A stretch of 62,973 nucleotides of DNA, counting the filler, from Lenisia limosa (taxonomy: Eukaryota > Protista > Breviatea), in the NCBI GenBank assembly GCA_001655205.1. It is 17 parts of 17 records of this genome, joined end to end, with 100 filler letters (N's around TTAATTAATTAA, not from the genome) between each part and the next. Parts side by side here need not be neighbours in the genome. Positions count along the whole stretch, not along the records: positions 46,856 to 56,642 come from LPNZ01010971.1; positions 56,743 to 59,790 come from LPNZ01001946.1; positions 59,891 to 62,973 come from LPNZ01000586.1; 14 more parts are not named here. The stretch is one strand, 5' to 3'. Below the pieces are notes generated by a model. It did not search any database and was not told the origin of the DNA. It saw only the letters and a program-made list of their open reading frames with translations. Made by a program: the position numbers and the translations under genes. This document shows, piece after piece, positions 49,782-62,840 of this stretch; positions within the stretch are counted from its first letter, which is position 1; the number at the start of each line of letters is the position of its first letter.

Positions 49782-52219
49782 TTAACAGTTTTCCATCTCT
49801 GAAATGACACGAAGAGTCTGAACTGGTCAGTGATAGCGTCACCGCTACAAATCAACACTAATATAATAATGTAGCTATATCATATGCATATCGTTGCACA
49901 TATAAAAACTCTACAATTTGTTGTAATCCTATNNNNNNNNNNNNNNNNNNNNNNNNNNNNNNNNNNNNNNNNNNNNNNAGTACCCCCCCCCCCACATGGT
50001 CAAAAGGCAGACCGTCTATTGTCATTTCCTGGGTTGCAAGAATGCCATCTCTCGCACCAGCTTCCATGACAGACTTGTGCATTTCTGATTAAATCAACCC
50101 ATAACGCTGGACAAGCACTTAATAAACCCCATGACGCTGGACAAGCTTAAAACAATTGAAAAAGGTGAGTGTCAATGGATCTATTTTGAACTTCACGGAA
50201 GATATTGATTGCTTTGAATTTTTCAGGACTCCATTTACCAATCTCCGACTGGCCAGTGGGGACAATGAGGGACTTTTCTGTCTAATCACGGGTTAAAGCT
50301 GACAATAGCAGTATCATTGTAGAAATGAGAGATAAAAAGGCTTTATCTCCACATAAGTGGCATTCCAATGAAAATAGTTCCCGCAGATTAAATAGCCAGA
50401 AATACCTGGGGGTTCAGCGCTGCAAGGCCGAAAGAAATTGCGTTGCCACCCCAATTTGAAACGCTACACACAAGCTAAAATGACAGGTAAGACAAAAAAT
50501 GACGAAATTTCAATGGATAGATTTTCCAACCCCCTCCCCCCTCTATGTCAACAATAGAAAACCCTCCAACATTATGGGTGGCAGGAACTATGGAAGCGAT
50601 GTTCGGTCCGTTTTTGATGTGCTTCTTGACAGCATCAACACAGACGCCCATTCCAACTGATTTCGTAAAAAAAAATACAACAGTGTAAAAATAAAACCCC
50701 CATGTAGGACTCAGCATACCTTCATTACCACCATCCCCAACAGCAAGGGTAGTAACTCCTTGAGCAGGGTGGAGGAATAGTTCATCCTACTTCATAAACA
50801 CATTTATTATCAAATGAATAAGGGACCATCCACAAAAATAGAAAGATTTAAATAAACAAATATCACTCGTAAAATACTACCAAATAGCAAACCCAAAGGC
50901 AATTCCAAAGACTATATCATCTCAAGATAAGTCCCATTACTGTCTTCATTCCTTCCCACCAATTGAGCCATTACTGTCTTCATATTCCTTCCTCCCATTG
51001 TGTAGTAGTTGCCATCTGCGGCTCTTCCACTCCTCTCAATCTGCAGTATAAGCGAAGCTAACACGAAAAGCAACTGACAAACATTAGCTGCAAAACCCCG
51101 AGAATGAACAAGTATGCCGCCTCCCACCGCAAAGAGACAGTCACACTCAGCGGCCCTCTTGAGAACACTCTCAGAAAGGGGTCCTGGGGCTGCTGCAACC
51201 ACCTCAACCGACGGCAGGTTCTTCATGGATTGCACTACGCATGCCTTGTTTACCCTGGCGGTGAGGTGCAGCAGTTGATTTCGTGTGGTTAGGCTCAAGT
51301 ACAAAAGCCAGTTGATTGTGAAACAAGTACACAAAAGATTGAAAGAAAGCTACAATACAGAAAATATGCCTAGACTCTCTCGTATCATGATAATAATAAG
51401 CAGCATATACTGCCTAGCAAATAGACTAAGTAATATGTCTTATCTTCCTTGGGTATTAGAAGACTAATCGCGCACAACGATCCAAGATAATCTGACCTCT
51501 CTCAATATTTATTCTATTGGCCAAAGTAATGCGAGCCTAACCCCCCACTCGTCAGTGAATACCAGCACTTCGATCCTGAGTGCGACAAGAGAAGAGGCTA
51601 CTGAGGCCGCCCCCTGGGAAGTCAACTAAGCACCAGGCTGAACATTCAAAACGTAAACTGAACACCAGGCTGAACATTCAAAACGTAAACTGAACACAAG
51701 GCTGAACATTCAAAACGTAGTATGACAGACCTTCTCAAAATAGGTTAATACTATCTACCCAACAAATGAAGACTAGGCTGAATACTAGGTATAAGAATAG
51801 AACCCTCTCCCCCTTCCCAGAGGAGATATTTTGAAGGTATGGGGGGAGAAGTGGGAGAGGGGAGCATTCCACACCGCCCATTTTCCAGCCATCCCCTACC
51901 ATCATATCACAATTCCCCTACCGCCAGTCCATCCGTCTCTGTTGGAGGGTCATAATCCAGCAAGCAGGGGTATCCTGTCAGGATTCCAACCTAAATAGTA
52001 CCATGAACGTGTGTATCATCTCAATGACTAATCAAACAAATTGAATATGTCAATTAACAAATGATATAGATTTTAATTTGCTTCCCCTCTCCCCACTCTT
52101 TTAGCTTTATTCAGGTCAGAACAGATGTTAAAGAGCTCAGGGCCTTGGATCAAATGAGCAATGCCACGTTTGCCTTCATCTTGCTGCACCACGGCCTCCA
52201 ATGCTTCGAAGACAGTCAT
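49782..52219 (-). CDS. DUF4392 / D-glutamate cyclase C-terminal-like protein, apparently complete
   Basis: Exons give QDEGKRGIAHL, VGILTGYP..ETDGLA|GAA, IERSGRAADGNYYTMGGRN, LAVGDGGNE|VGMG, VSNWGG, GARDG..IDGLP, and TLRVISEMENC*. Confidence 0.85.
51631..51718. repeat. 32-bp tandem repeat (~2.8 copies), intronic
   Basis: Unit CACCAGGCTGAACATTCAAAACGTAAACTGAA. Confidence 0.9.
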
Positions 52220-54227
52220 CGTTCTAGGGGTTTAAATATAAACAAGTTTATTCCCCCTTGAAGAATAAACACATATATGTTCCTCCCCGTGTCTCCACAT
52301 TTATAAACATGTATCCAATGTACCTTTGAATACAAATGGACGAATGAGATAATTCCAGGAAAAGAGAACGAAGGACTGAAAATCTGATGAAAAATAATAA
52401 TAATAATAAAAAAAAAGTCATCATCAAAACCGAATTTAATTTCGGTATATTTCTATTCGCTATTTTTTTTATATAATATATTATATTTCCACCATTTCCC
52501 TCTTTTTCTCACTCCACGCAGCTGTATAATATCTTTATGAAGCTAATAATGATGTCAGGAAGAAGAAATAAAAAAGAAGAATGACCGAATGGTTATGATG
52601 GAGTGATGGTGACGAGACTACTTTCACCACCTTTGCTCACCCTTCTCTCGTGTTATAGCTTTTGATTTTTGAGCTTTATAGATCCTTATCTTTGAGATTT
52701 TCGATAACGATAGTAGTTATAAATCACCGTTTGTTTTATTTTTAAACTGGGGAATATCACTTTCTTGTAACGATGGTGTCATCTTTTTATGCTGTAATTA
52801 GCCCACATCCACCTTAAGAGAAGTAGCAAGCAGCAGATGGTGACTATTTGGTATGATGGATATGGAGAGGGTTGTGTTGATATTTTTTTGTAAGCAGTTT
52901 GAGGGGGGGATGTGAAGGGATCAACAAAATGCTTTCGTGAGAATTTTTGGTGGATAATTTGCTATTGTTTGAGGGTAGTAGGGCTTAACTTTCAGTCTCA
53001 CAAAAAAAAAAATCTCAGTAAAAATTTACCAGCTCTGAGCATTAAGGCAACCAGAAAGCTAATTAAAATTATAATACAACTCAATATCTCTTATTGGCGG
53101 GCGGTTTCGGCCGGATACAACAACCTTGTTTATTTCTTATCTCTCTCTATATACTCTGATACAACTATCTTCTATAGCCGTGTGATTGTCTTTCTTTAAA
53201 TAATACTGTTCTCTGTGATTGTTAGCTTCTTTATTGCACAAACGATATATTACGATAAATCAATGACAAATAAGGCATGATGTTTATTATTCCCACAATG
53301 ATATGCATGATTTCGTTGTAACATGGAAATGTGGCAATAGGTCAGGTTTTTTTTTTTTTGATTGGCTCATGTGTGTTGTTTCAAAGAGTGTTCTGGCCGA
53401 AGTTCAACGGACTCAAAGCCCCTGAACTGACGATATGAGATATTAATTGTGAAGACTAAATTGATCATTGAATGCCCGCTTTTTGTGTTCCACGTTTTTT
53501 TTTTTNNNNNNNNNNNNNNNNNNNNNNNNNNNNNNNNNNNNNNNNNNNNNNNNNNNNNNNNNNNNNNNNNNNNNNNNNNNNNNNNNNNNNNNNNNNNNNN
53601 NNNNNNNNNNNNNNNNNCCATACACTCCGTCTACATACATATCATATACTATATCAACACCTTTCTGCCATGTACGTATCATATATATATCTCAACACCT
53701 TTCTGCTACGTACATATCATAACAAGGAGCAGTACATCGTTCTCTCGTGTCTCATTGCAGCATTATTTTGTAGAAAGAAGATAAATGACAAATAACAGAT
53801 GCCTTGAGTCATGTATACCATAAGGAAGACAACGACAAAGTAATATACTGTATTATTTATCGCCATGCTTTCCACCCTAAATTATTGGTTCACATGCACT
53901 AACAACCAACACAACCATCAAAACCATACATTCTATTAGAAACCATTAACATCAATACAGCAAACTACTTCTTGCTTCTTGGGGAATGAACTGTCGAAAT
54001 AAGAAAAGCACATTTTCAATCTTTCTGGAGAAACTCTTTACAAGATAGTATAATTTATGAATATATTTAGCAATGACAACGTATTTAATGAACCAAAACT
54101 GAAAATGACGCACAACTTCCGTGATCAACCCCCCCTTCGGTTCATAAGACCCAAGCAATTAGTTGCTTAAGAATACAAGATAAATCTGAGCACATCTTGG
54201 TCCTTTTCACCAACCATGCAACTGACG

Positions 54228-55929
54228 TCACTTCATCTTAACTTCTTGGCGTAGCTGAGCGACTTCAGTTCGTAAGGCCTGTAGCTCCTCAAGAATCGTG
54301 TTGAGAATGCTGAGTATAATGACGGGTGTCATAAATACTATGTAGATGGAATATACACAGAAAACTGATATAATCAGGACTGAAAAAGACAGGCTATCTT
54401 TGGTGACTGATCAATTAATCAACATTATCTTATTTGGTGACAGGAATGGAAACGCGCCAACATATTATGTTATTCGCTGACATCCATGAGTACAAGTTTG
54501 TAAATAACAACAGCCCGTACCCCCACGGTAAGTCCATTGAAACGGTCATTGTAGCGGGGGCGGCAACAGGAATGCGGGTCTGCTGCGAAGGTTCAGGCGG
54601 TGTTGTTTCGGGTGTATAAGAAGAAACAACGGGATTTCGGCTTTGGGCTGAGCTAGGAGGGACGTAAGATGTTGTTGGTTTCGGGACAAATGACTCCGGT
54701 GCTTCTTCAATGGTTGGAGCGGTATCAAGTGCTTCACTGTGGCTTTGTTGGTTGACAGTTGCTGATGATGATGGTGTGGGCTTCTTTTTCCTTGACTTCC
54801 TCCGTTTTCGCGATCCTTCGGGGACCGCGGTCGCAAAACTAGTGTATTAGCATTAGCATTAATAAACGATAATACGCCTGAATCTTCAATTCAAAAGGTA
54901 TTTTGGTGGAACAAAAAGAAAGCCACCATCGCAATATCGAATCATTTCAACATATGAGAAATAAAGATATATAGCAATGAGAAATAAAAAATAAGGTTGT
55001 ATCNNNNNNNNNNNNNNNNNNNNNNNNNNNNNNNNNNNNNNNNNNNNNNNNNNNNNNNNNNNNNNNNNNNNNNNNNNNNNNACCCCATACCAATCCTCCG
55101 GGAGCAAAACAGGAGCCCGGTTGGCACCAGGAAGAGTTAACGTGGTAAGTTCCACGTCATCTTCGTCACTATTCGGGTCCAGGCCGGCATTGAGGGAGGC
55201 AAGGAGGTTGGTGGGAGCAACACGCGAAAGGTCGGCTACACGTTGCGCTAGAGCCTCTTTTGCCTCCAAGCCGATTCCCCCCAAAACCTAAAACATAAAT
55301 AAATTTCGTAAACTCCTAATTTGCATATTTTCAAGAATGGCACGTTCTTACAACTTGCACTCCCTCCTACTTTCGGTTCAACCATGTTGGTAACAGGTTG
55401 AAGGTTTCTAGTAGTCTCATCCAAAGACTTCTTCAGCCCCTCAGCAACCAAATTAGCGTGCTTCTCATTGAGCTCCTTTGACATATCCAAATCTGGCCTG
55501 GCAGTGTCGACGGGGAGGATGGAGGTGAAGACAATCGGCGTCTCGCTGAATGACAGCGATCCTGTGTTGTGAGAGGATTTTAAGTGATTCAAACTAGTGT
55601 GTGAAATAATTATATCATATATATATACATATATATATATATATATGATAGAGTGTCGTACTGAGCGAGGTACACTACTTGATTGTGATATGGATAACAA
55701 AAAAGAAAGTGGAAATGAATTTTGCTGCTACTGTTGTTTTTCACGATCATTTCAAACTATCTAACCGGAAGAAAAGCCTTGGAACGCAGTAGGTCTGAAA
55801 TCCTTCGATTCAATATCAACTGCAAAGGCTCGGAACACGGATGACGTCACCGAAAGCCCACAAAGCATGAGGTGGTTTGCAACTCTTGGTTCCTGGAGCA
55901 GTGAAGACGAGAAAGAGTGTCATCCATGG
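54228..55929 (-). CDS. Multi-exon unknown protein with basic cluster, P/S/T-rich region and coiled-coil tail (5' part uncertain)
   Basis: In-phase exons ..FQGFSSG|SLSFSETPIVF..VEPK|VLGGIGLEAKEAL..PEDW|..RKRRKSRKKKP.., and terminal ILNTILEELQALRTEVAQLRQEVKMK*. Confidence 0.6.
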
Positions 55930-56782
55930 CTGATATCAATTACATGATTGCTGTGCTGAGCAAGTGAGCAATAGCAATATCAATATGCAATAGTTGTTCA
56001 GAGCAAGTGAGCACTATCGATATGCTATTGTTGAGTATTTTCGTTTAAAAACTATTTCAACGGAAAAAAAATGGGAGACATGTTTTCTGTCCCCTCTCAC
56101 GAAATAAGATGCCGCACAAGTTGAGAGGTCCAGGTGGGCAATTTCATTGGACCGCAACGAGGCTAGAAGGAGACTTGTCTACGGGCATGAAAGGAAGGTT
56201 CTTCGGACTGTAAATAGAAACAATCCCATGAGTTCCATTTTGCATAGACTAAAAACACCCACAAACTCCTTTGCCACACATGGCAGTAGCAGAGAGAACT
56301 TTGGCCTTGACTTTTGTGGATACCTCGAGCTGGATTACTCCATTGTTTTGGATCTGCTTTACAAAGATGACTCCTCCACAGTTCTTTTCAAACTGAATTG
56401 TTTAGGACTGCAAAAAGGCCATAATATTATCGAGGAATCTGTTTTGAAACCGAAGTGAGGCCCCGAAGTCAGTCATCGATGAAGGATAGATGCACTATGG
56501 TACATTTGTAAAAGCCTGTTACTATTACATATCACACCGTCCATATAACTGTGAATTTTCCTCTATCTGTGATTTTTTTGAAATACGGAAAATTTTGATA
56601 AAAATATGGCATATATAAACAAAGAGAATTGTCATAAGACTCNNNNNNNNNNNNNNNNNNNNNNNNNNNNNNNNNNNNNNNNNNNNTTAATTAATTAANN
56701 NNNNNNNNNNNNNNNNNNNNNNNNNNNNNNNNNNNNNNNNNNTATATATATACATATAAATTTCCATTACCCCCCGCCCCAG

Positions 56783-59261
56783 CTAAGCCTGGACAACAAC
56801 CCCACACTGCCCCTCGTCCACAGCCGGATCCCCATTCTCGAGGCACTCTTCTTCCGCAACCCGCACTGCCGCTCTGTGCGGGCCAACGCGTTTTGGGCTG
56901 AGCTCTCCGACGACTGTCTCGCCAACGCCCACGAGGACTTTCCTAATCAGGACGACCTTTATGATTGTTTTGATGGAGACACGCCGCTGGAGCAGAGCGA
57001 TTCTCTCACTTCTTTGTCCAGCTCGGTTTCAAATACATTCGTTTTCACTACGCCTCAGTTGAAAAAACGGCCTCTAAGCGCGATTCCGTCAAAACCATCA
57101 AATAGGGGTGGCAGGCGCCTCTCTATTGATGTTTCTCATACACCATCAATAGTAGGGGGTGAGGTTTGCTTTTTTTGGAAATAGCCTCTTCCCTGATTAC
57201 CTTACTGCTATCTAAAATGAAATAGAATTCCTCGATTGATATTTTGCCAACACTTTTTGATACATACCGATGACGCAATTAGTCCAGACGATTACCTGTG
57301 CAATCCGCCACTTCCGACAGTCGACGGCCTGAGAGCCCCCAATCGCGTGGCGGCCGCAGAAACAGTCTTTCCCGCTCCGGCTCCATGGGGGATAGTGGGG
57401 GGTCGTCTCTTTGACTTCTAATACAGCCGATATAATGTCAAGAATAATGGGATTTATGGTTCTGGTATTTTGTACACTTATTACCCCCAGGAAAGGGCCT
57501 CTTTGAGTTTCAAGCCACCAAACGCATGGGGCTGTCAACGGGATACTCAGTCGCAAGGATACGCAAAGTGCGTGGCTGGGTACACTGCAATAATATCAAA
57601 TGTTTGACCCCCTTTCACCATAGTAAACATTAATGCTGCTTGACCTATTTTATCGTCTTTTTGACTAGGCTTCTTTGACCTATTTTACCGTCCTTTTGAC
57701 AACGTAGGGTGATGGCAGGTCCCCTATAGCACCAACCCCGCGACCCGGCCCTTTCCCCTTCCTCAAAGTCCTGAATAACGGACAAATCAGCTCGGACGTA
57801 GGCATTGCTGATACGATCGCTGTGAAGGAGAAATGTTTCAGCTTTTCCACATAATGGGCTTATTTGAACTCCTCACTTGTCTTGTCATTTATTGTCCCTT
57901 TTGACCAGCAGGAAATACGCCTAGCTCGAGCTGAGGCTCACCTTTCCAAGGGACTCACAAATAAGAGGTTTGTGGTGCTGATTGGGGATTTAAGAATGGG
58001 TCAGATTAAAGCCTCAATCTGCTTCTTTAAAATGCAAGCCGCTGGGTTGTCTAGGTTTTCCTCAACTCCACGTTATTATCCCCCAGAATCAAGTCCATTG
58101 AAAATGCGGAGGTCACTGATACGATCGAAGAAATTGACTTCCCTCTCGAAGAAACACCACCACTGTATGTCAAATGCTCCAATTGTTTTGTTCATTTATT
58201 TTATTATTTCGTAACTTTTATCCCATGAAGTTCCAAGTGTTATTTCCTTAGTTCTGAGCGGAAGGAGTCAAATCCAAATGATGAAGTAAGGAGACTCAAT
58301 AAAGTACTTCATTTGTAATCAATATTGTCTTGTCGCGAAATCATATGATGTTATCTATTTCACAATCTTAGTGTTGTCTCATTAATGATATAGTTTTGGA
58401 TTTAACCTTCTTAGCCCTCAAAACCCTCAGTTACCTTTGCACCCAACGTGCCAAAAGTAAGAACATTCATGTGGTGTTGAATATGAAAAAAAATTAAACA
58501 CTACTAACAAGTATCTCTACAATAGTTTTTCGAAATATACTTTTATATATGAGCGCAATCCGATTGTGATTGTAGCCAAAAGAAATGCTCTCATAATTTG
58601 GGATAGATGTTATGTAACTTTATTTTATTGTATTGTAGCATCTCTGCGTGTTATCCGCAGCATTTAACCCTTAAGACTGAGTTTGAAGCCCCATCGGATT
58701 CTGACTCAGACTCTGAAGATCTCAATATCGCTGAACTTTTAAAGGTATTCACAGACTTTTATTGACAATAACAGTGTTATTTATTCTGATTAGCGGAAAG
58801 TCCTTTGCACCACTTGTTTTTCTGCTTGTTTTCCCCGCTTAACGTCTTAGCCCGCAATGGACTTCTCAAGGACCAACTCCATTCTGACCACGTCATCAGT
58901 ACGTTCGTGACCATTTTCTAACAGGGTCTACTGATATCGTTGAATTACTTTTGACACTCTGCCAAGCGTAACAATGCATCTTCATGGTAACCCCCCCCCC
59001 TCAACTTAGAGCCTAATCATGAGTGATTTGCCCCTTAATCCCCAATAGGGTTCGCTGGAGCCTCCTTCTTGTCGACTCACAATTGAGCCTACTACGCCGC
59101 CATTGGAGGGCAGGATAGGAGGTGAGGCGTTTATACCGAATGGTGCTTCAAATTGTAGCAACTTGAAGCCTTTTGAACATGCCTTTTCCCAGTGTAACCC
59201 CACAGGCGACTCTCCGTCCACGCCATTCACCCCCGACGCTGCACAAACCCCGGTCATGCTT
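56783..59261 (+). CDS. One or two multi-exon unknown genes; first exon ends an LRR-like unit
   Basis: LSLDNNPTLPLV..LEALFFRN, an S/R-rich exon, DSDSDSEDL, and other AG/GT-bounded open exons. The model was not fully reconciled. Confidence 0.4.
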
Positions 59262-60308
59262 GTAAGCCGTCATCATGTTCTTCGCTCTATCATCAGCGGA
59301 TATCACTTTTTGGTTCTTCACACGTCTGAACGACCATTTTTCTCACAGTAGTATGATACAGCTATCCACTCGTGTGATAATTGACCGCTCGGTAATACTC
59401 TGAGTTGGTCATATTATCATAGCACCAGTAGATAGTGGTCGTCATAATGGTTATTGGACTGTTACCCAATGTCATCAATTGCAGAAGGATGAAACCATTG
59501 CAAAATCCGTAACACTCCCTTCAAAGTTGAAAGTGAGCTGCAGCAATACACATACATTTTTAGCTTCTTCAGATGTATGCCCACCAGGGTGACACCTTTT
59601 ACTGATCTCTTTTTTCATTCCGTTCTAATTCCCACTCTATCTTTCCTTTCAAATGTTAGCTAACAGAGTTGGTTTTGGGATTGTTTATAGTATATATGTA
59701 TCACTTAACACAACCGCGAACACTCACATTACCGCGAACGCTTTTTTAAATATTTGATTTTTTGGCTGTTTTCATTGATTTTTTACTAAANNNNNNNNNN
59801 NNNNNNNNNNNNNNNNNNNNNNNNNNNNNNNNNNTTAATTAATTAANNNNNNNNNNNNNNNNNNNNNNNNNNNNNNNNNNNNNNNNNNNNTGATGACAAG
59901 ATGAGGTTTGACGATTTGGGTTTTGAAAAGAGAAGAACCGAGCTGTTTCGCTATCCGAAAAGTTTGGGTTTCTCAAATATCGAATATGTCAAGGAACAGT
60001 TATAAGGTTCTCATTCGGGTCCCCAAAAATTCCAGAAAAATTGTACGTAAATTTACATTCGTGTACCCGAACGGTCCGGTCCCTAAGAGTACAAAGCACC
60101 ACAAGGTCAGAAAATTAACATGGGAAAAAGGTGGACCGATTTGCTGTGTGATTCCTAAGAAAAATAGGTCAAGACTGATCCCGGTCACTGTTATTTGATC
60201 GTATACATGTTTGTTCGCCATTGTCTGCAAATCTTAAACATTTAAAGTGACCAAGTCAAAATTGGAACTCATTATAACAAGCTGGGTTGCGAGTGGATTC
60301 CATCCAAC

Positions 60309-62154
60309 CTGCGGGGGGACCGGGAGCGGCGGGGGGTGCGAGACCTTGAAATATGAATATTTCTTGGGAGCAAAAAAACATGTCATAGAATCATTTCGAT
60401 ATCTCGAGAATCTTTGATAGTTCTTTAGAATTTAAGGACTGTGTGTAGGGCTTCACTTCGGTTCGAAAAATACTGATAAAATATCGATAATTTTCGATGA
60501 TTTATCGAGATATTCAGTCTTTTTTTAACCGAAGTGAAGCCCTAACTATGTGGGGTAGTATATCCTACTGCGGGGGCTACGGGAGCGGCGAGGAGAACTG
60601 AGGGGGGAGGGGTGGAAAATTTCAATTTTATGAAAGAACAATAACAATTCAAAATTAGCTGTTATAATGCGGATAATACGAAGGTTGTAAAAAACACAAT
60701 CATTGATGAACTATATATTACTGTATATATCGCTAAAGGGATTCCAAAATAATAGTTCTAAAAACCAATACTCTGTGTATACCTGCGGGGAGTGCGGGAA
60801 CGGCGGGGAGAACGGGATCTAAAAATTATAATTTTTTTTGGAGCTACAAAAACAAAACTAGCAAATCAAATGAGACCAAAAGAGACACAATAAAACAAAA
60901 ACTATGATAAATATCGATAGAATTCTGGAACCGTAAGTGAGTAAAGCTCCACTAATGTCACCTTTAGCTTACCTGCGGGGTGAGCGTGATCTACGAGGGG
61001 AGCGGGAGCGGCGGGGAGTGCGTGATCTGCAATAGAATAAAAAAAACACTGGTTGGGTGAAGTAATAGTAACAGTATCGCATAACATATTTGGTGGTCTT
61101 TACGAGATATTTCAAGGGTATTAAAATGTCGACACGTCTCTACCTGTATCTGGGGGAGTAGCGGCGACGGGGAGGAGATCTAAAAAGTCGATTATGGGAT
61201 ATTGGGGAAGATTGAGGGAAGTGAGGTATGGGGGATTAATTAAATGGCAGCTGATATTACAGCATAAAAAAATGCAGAGGTATGATTAAAAACGGTTTAC
61301 TCTCAGAATTGCAAAAAAAAAACCAGTGTTTGCAATTCTGAGATTTAACCATTTTTCATCATACTTCTGTATTTTTTATGCTGTAAGGAGAGAAAACGAC
61401 CCCACCCCCAAGTACCTTCTATAGTCTCTGCTACTGCGATAACTGTCACTACAGTGGTGAGAATGGCGGGAATGTGAGTTTGCAACGTCATCAATCACCT
61501 TCATAATCCTAATTATTACACACCATCTTCACCTCATCATCATATTGAACCTTCATCACCAGTACCATCCTACTAACCATTCTGACAAATTGGTCACTGT
61601 ATATCCCAACACTCAAAAAAATATCATGCACATCCTATCACTATCCCACCACAACAATTCCGATCATATCACCTTCATCACTTAAACTCCCACCATCCTA
61701 CTGAACATCACGAACAGCATCACCATCATACCGACGTCCATAACGGCGATCAGGGCAGTCACGGGCAAAATGGCCGCGTTCACCACATTCAAAACATTTC
61801 TCATTCTCAAGACGGGGGTTGGAGCGGCCTGAAGCCCGGGTCCACTCTACAGTGATCCTGGAAACGGTTATTCGCCGAGTAGTCCTCTTAACTTTTTGCC
61901 TTGCAATTCGGTGTTATCAAGATCCGCAATGGCATCTTCAGCATCCTTTTCGTCTTCGAAAGTGACGAAAGCGAAGTTACCCTGAGAACGTGAGACCAAG
62001 TGGTCTTCAACCGAGAACAAACCCTGTGTTCGCAACGAGAAAGGCGTCCAATGCGACCGAAGACGTCCTGAAGGGTTATTTCAATCACAGACAATTTTAC
62101 CTCGAGGTCAGCAGTACGGATGTAGGGGTCGAGTCTTCCAACGAACAGAGACAT
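60309..62154 (-). CDS. SRSF7: SR splicing factor of the SRSF7/9G8/RSZ type (RRM, CCHC knuckle, RS domain); 3' end not resolved
   Basis: MSLFVGRL..|DVFGRIG..|GNFAFVTFEDEKDAEDAIADLD..|..KCFECGERGHFARDC, followed by RS exons at 61448-61416, 61179-61144, 61026-60973, 60818-60783, 60597-60569, 60344-60309. Confidence 0.9.
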
Positions 62155-62840
62155 GTTTACTGGTTCACAAACCTTAAGCTTTTGTAAAAAGGATGAAAGG
62201 TGAATTCGGTGAAAGTTTTTCATGATATACTGTATAAAATTATCTGCAGGGGACAGTTGTTCTTGAAAGAAAGCATGACGAAAAAATGCCTCTTTTCTGT
62301 ATGTATTGAGACATTTACTGTGAGTCACTATAAAACAAGGAATATTCCGTCGATTGCCTTTTTACATATTGTGTGAAAACGTTACACCCACCTCCTCTCG
62401 CCATTCCTGTAGCTATAGCAACTAAACAACCTGTTAATACGATTGAGAAGGCTGACTTTGTGAAGGTCGCCAATAATGGATGATAGCCCCCGAAACTTGA
62501 TCAGAGGCATGACACATGTTTGCTGGGGTCAACCTGGAATGAATAATGGAAACACATGACCAGAACCGGGAAGACCACTATGCTGATAGCTGGAGTTTGA
62601 TGTCTGTTTGCTTGTCCGTTTGTATTGTTTCCCTTTATAAAATTTTCAATTTTCATATCTGCATCATGTACCCACCTCCCACCTCAATAGCTAGGGCTTC
62701 CCTGTAGTTCCAAAAAAAGACTGAATTTCTATAAATCCTCAATAAATAAGGATATTTGACCGGTCTTTTTCCGACCGTGGGAAGCCCAAAATACAGCACA
62801 CATATGACATCATACCCACCATCTTTTCATCAAAATCACC

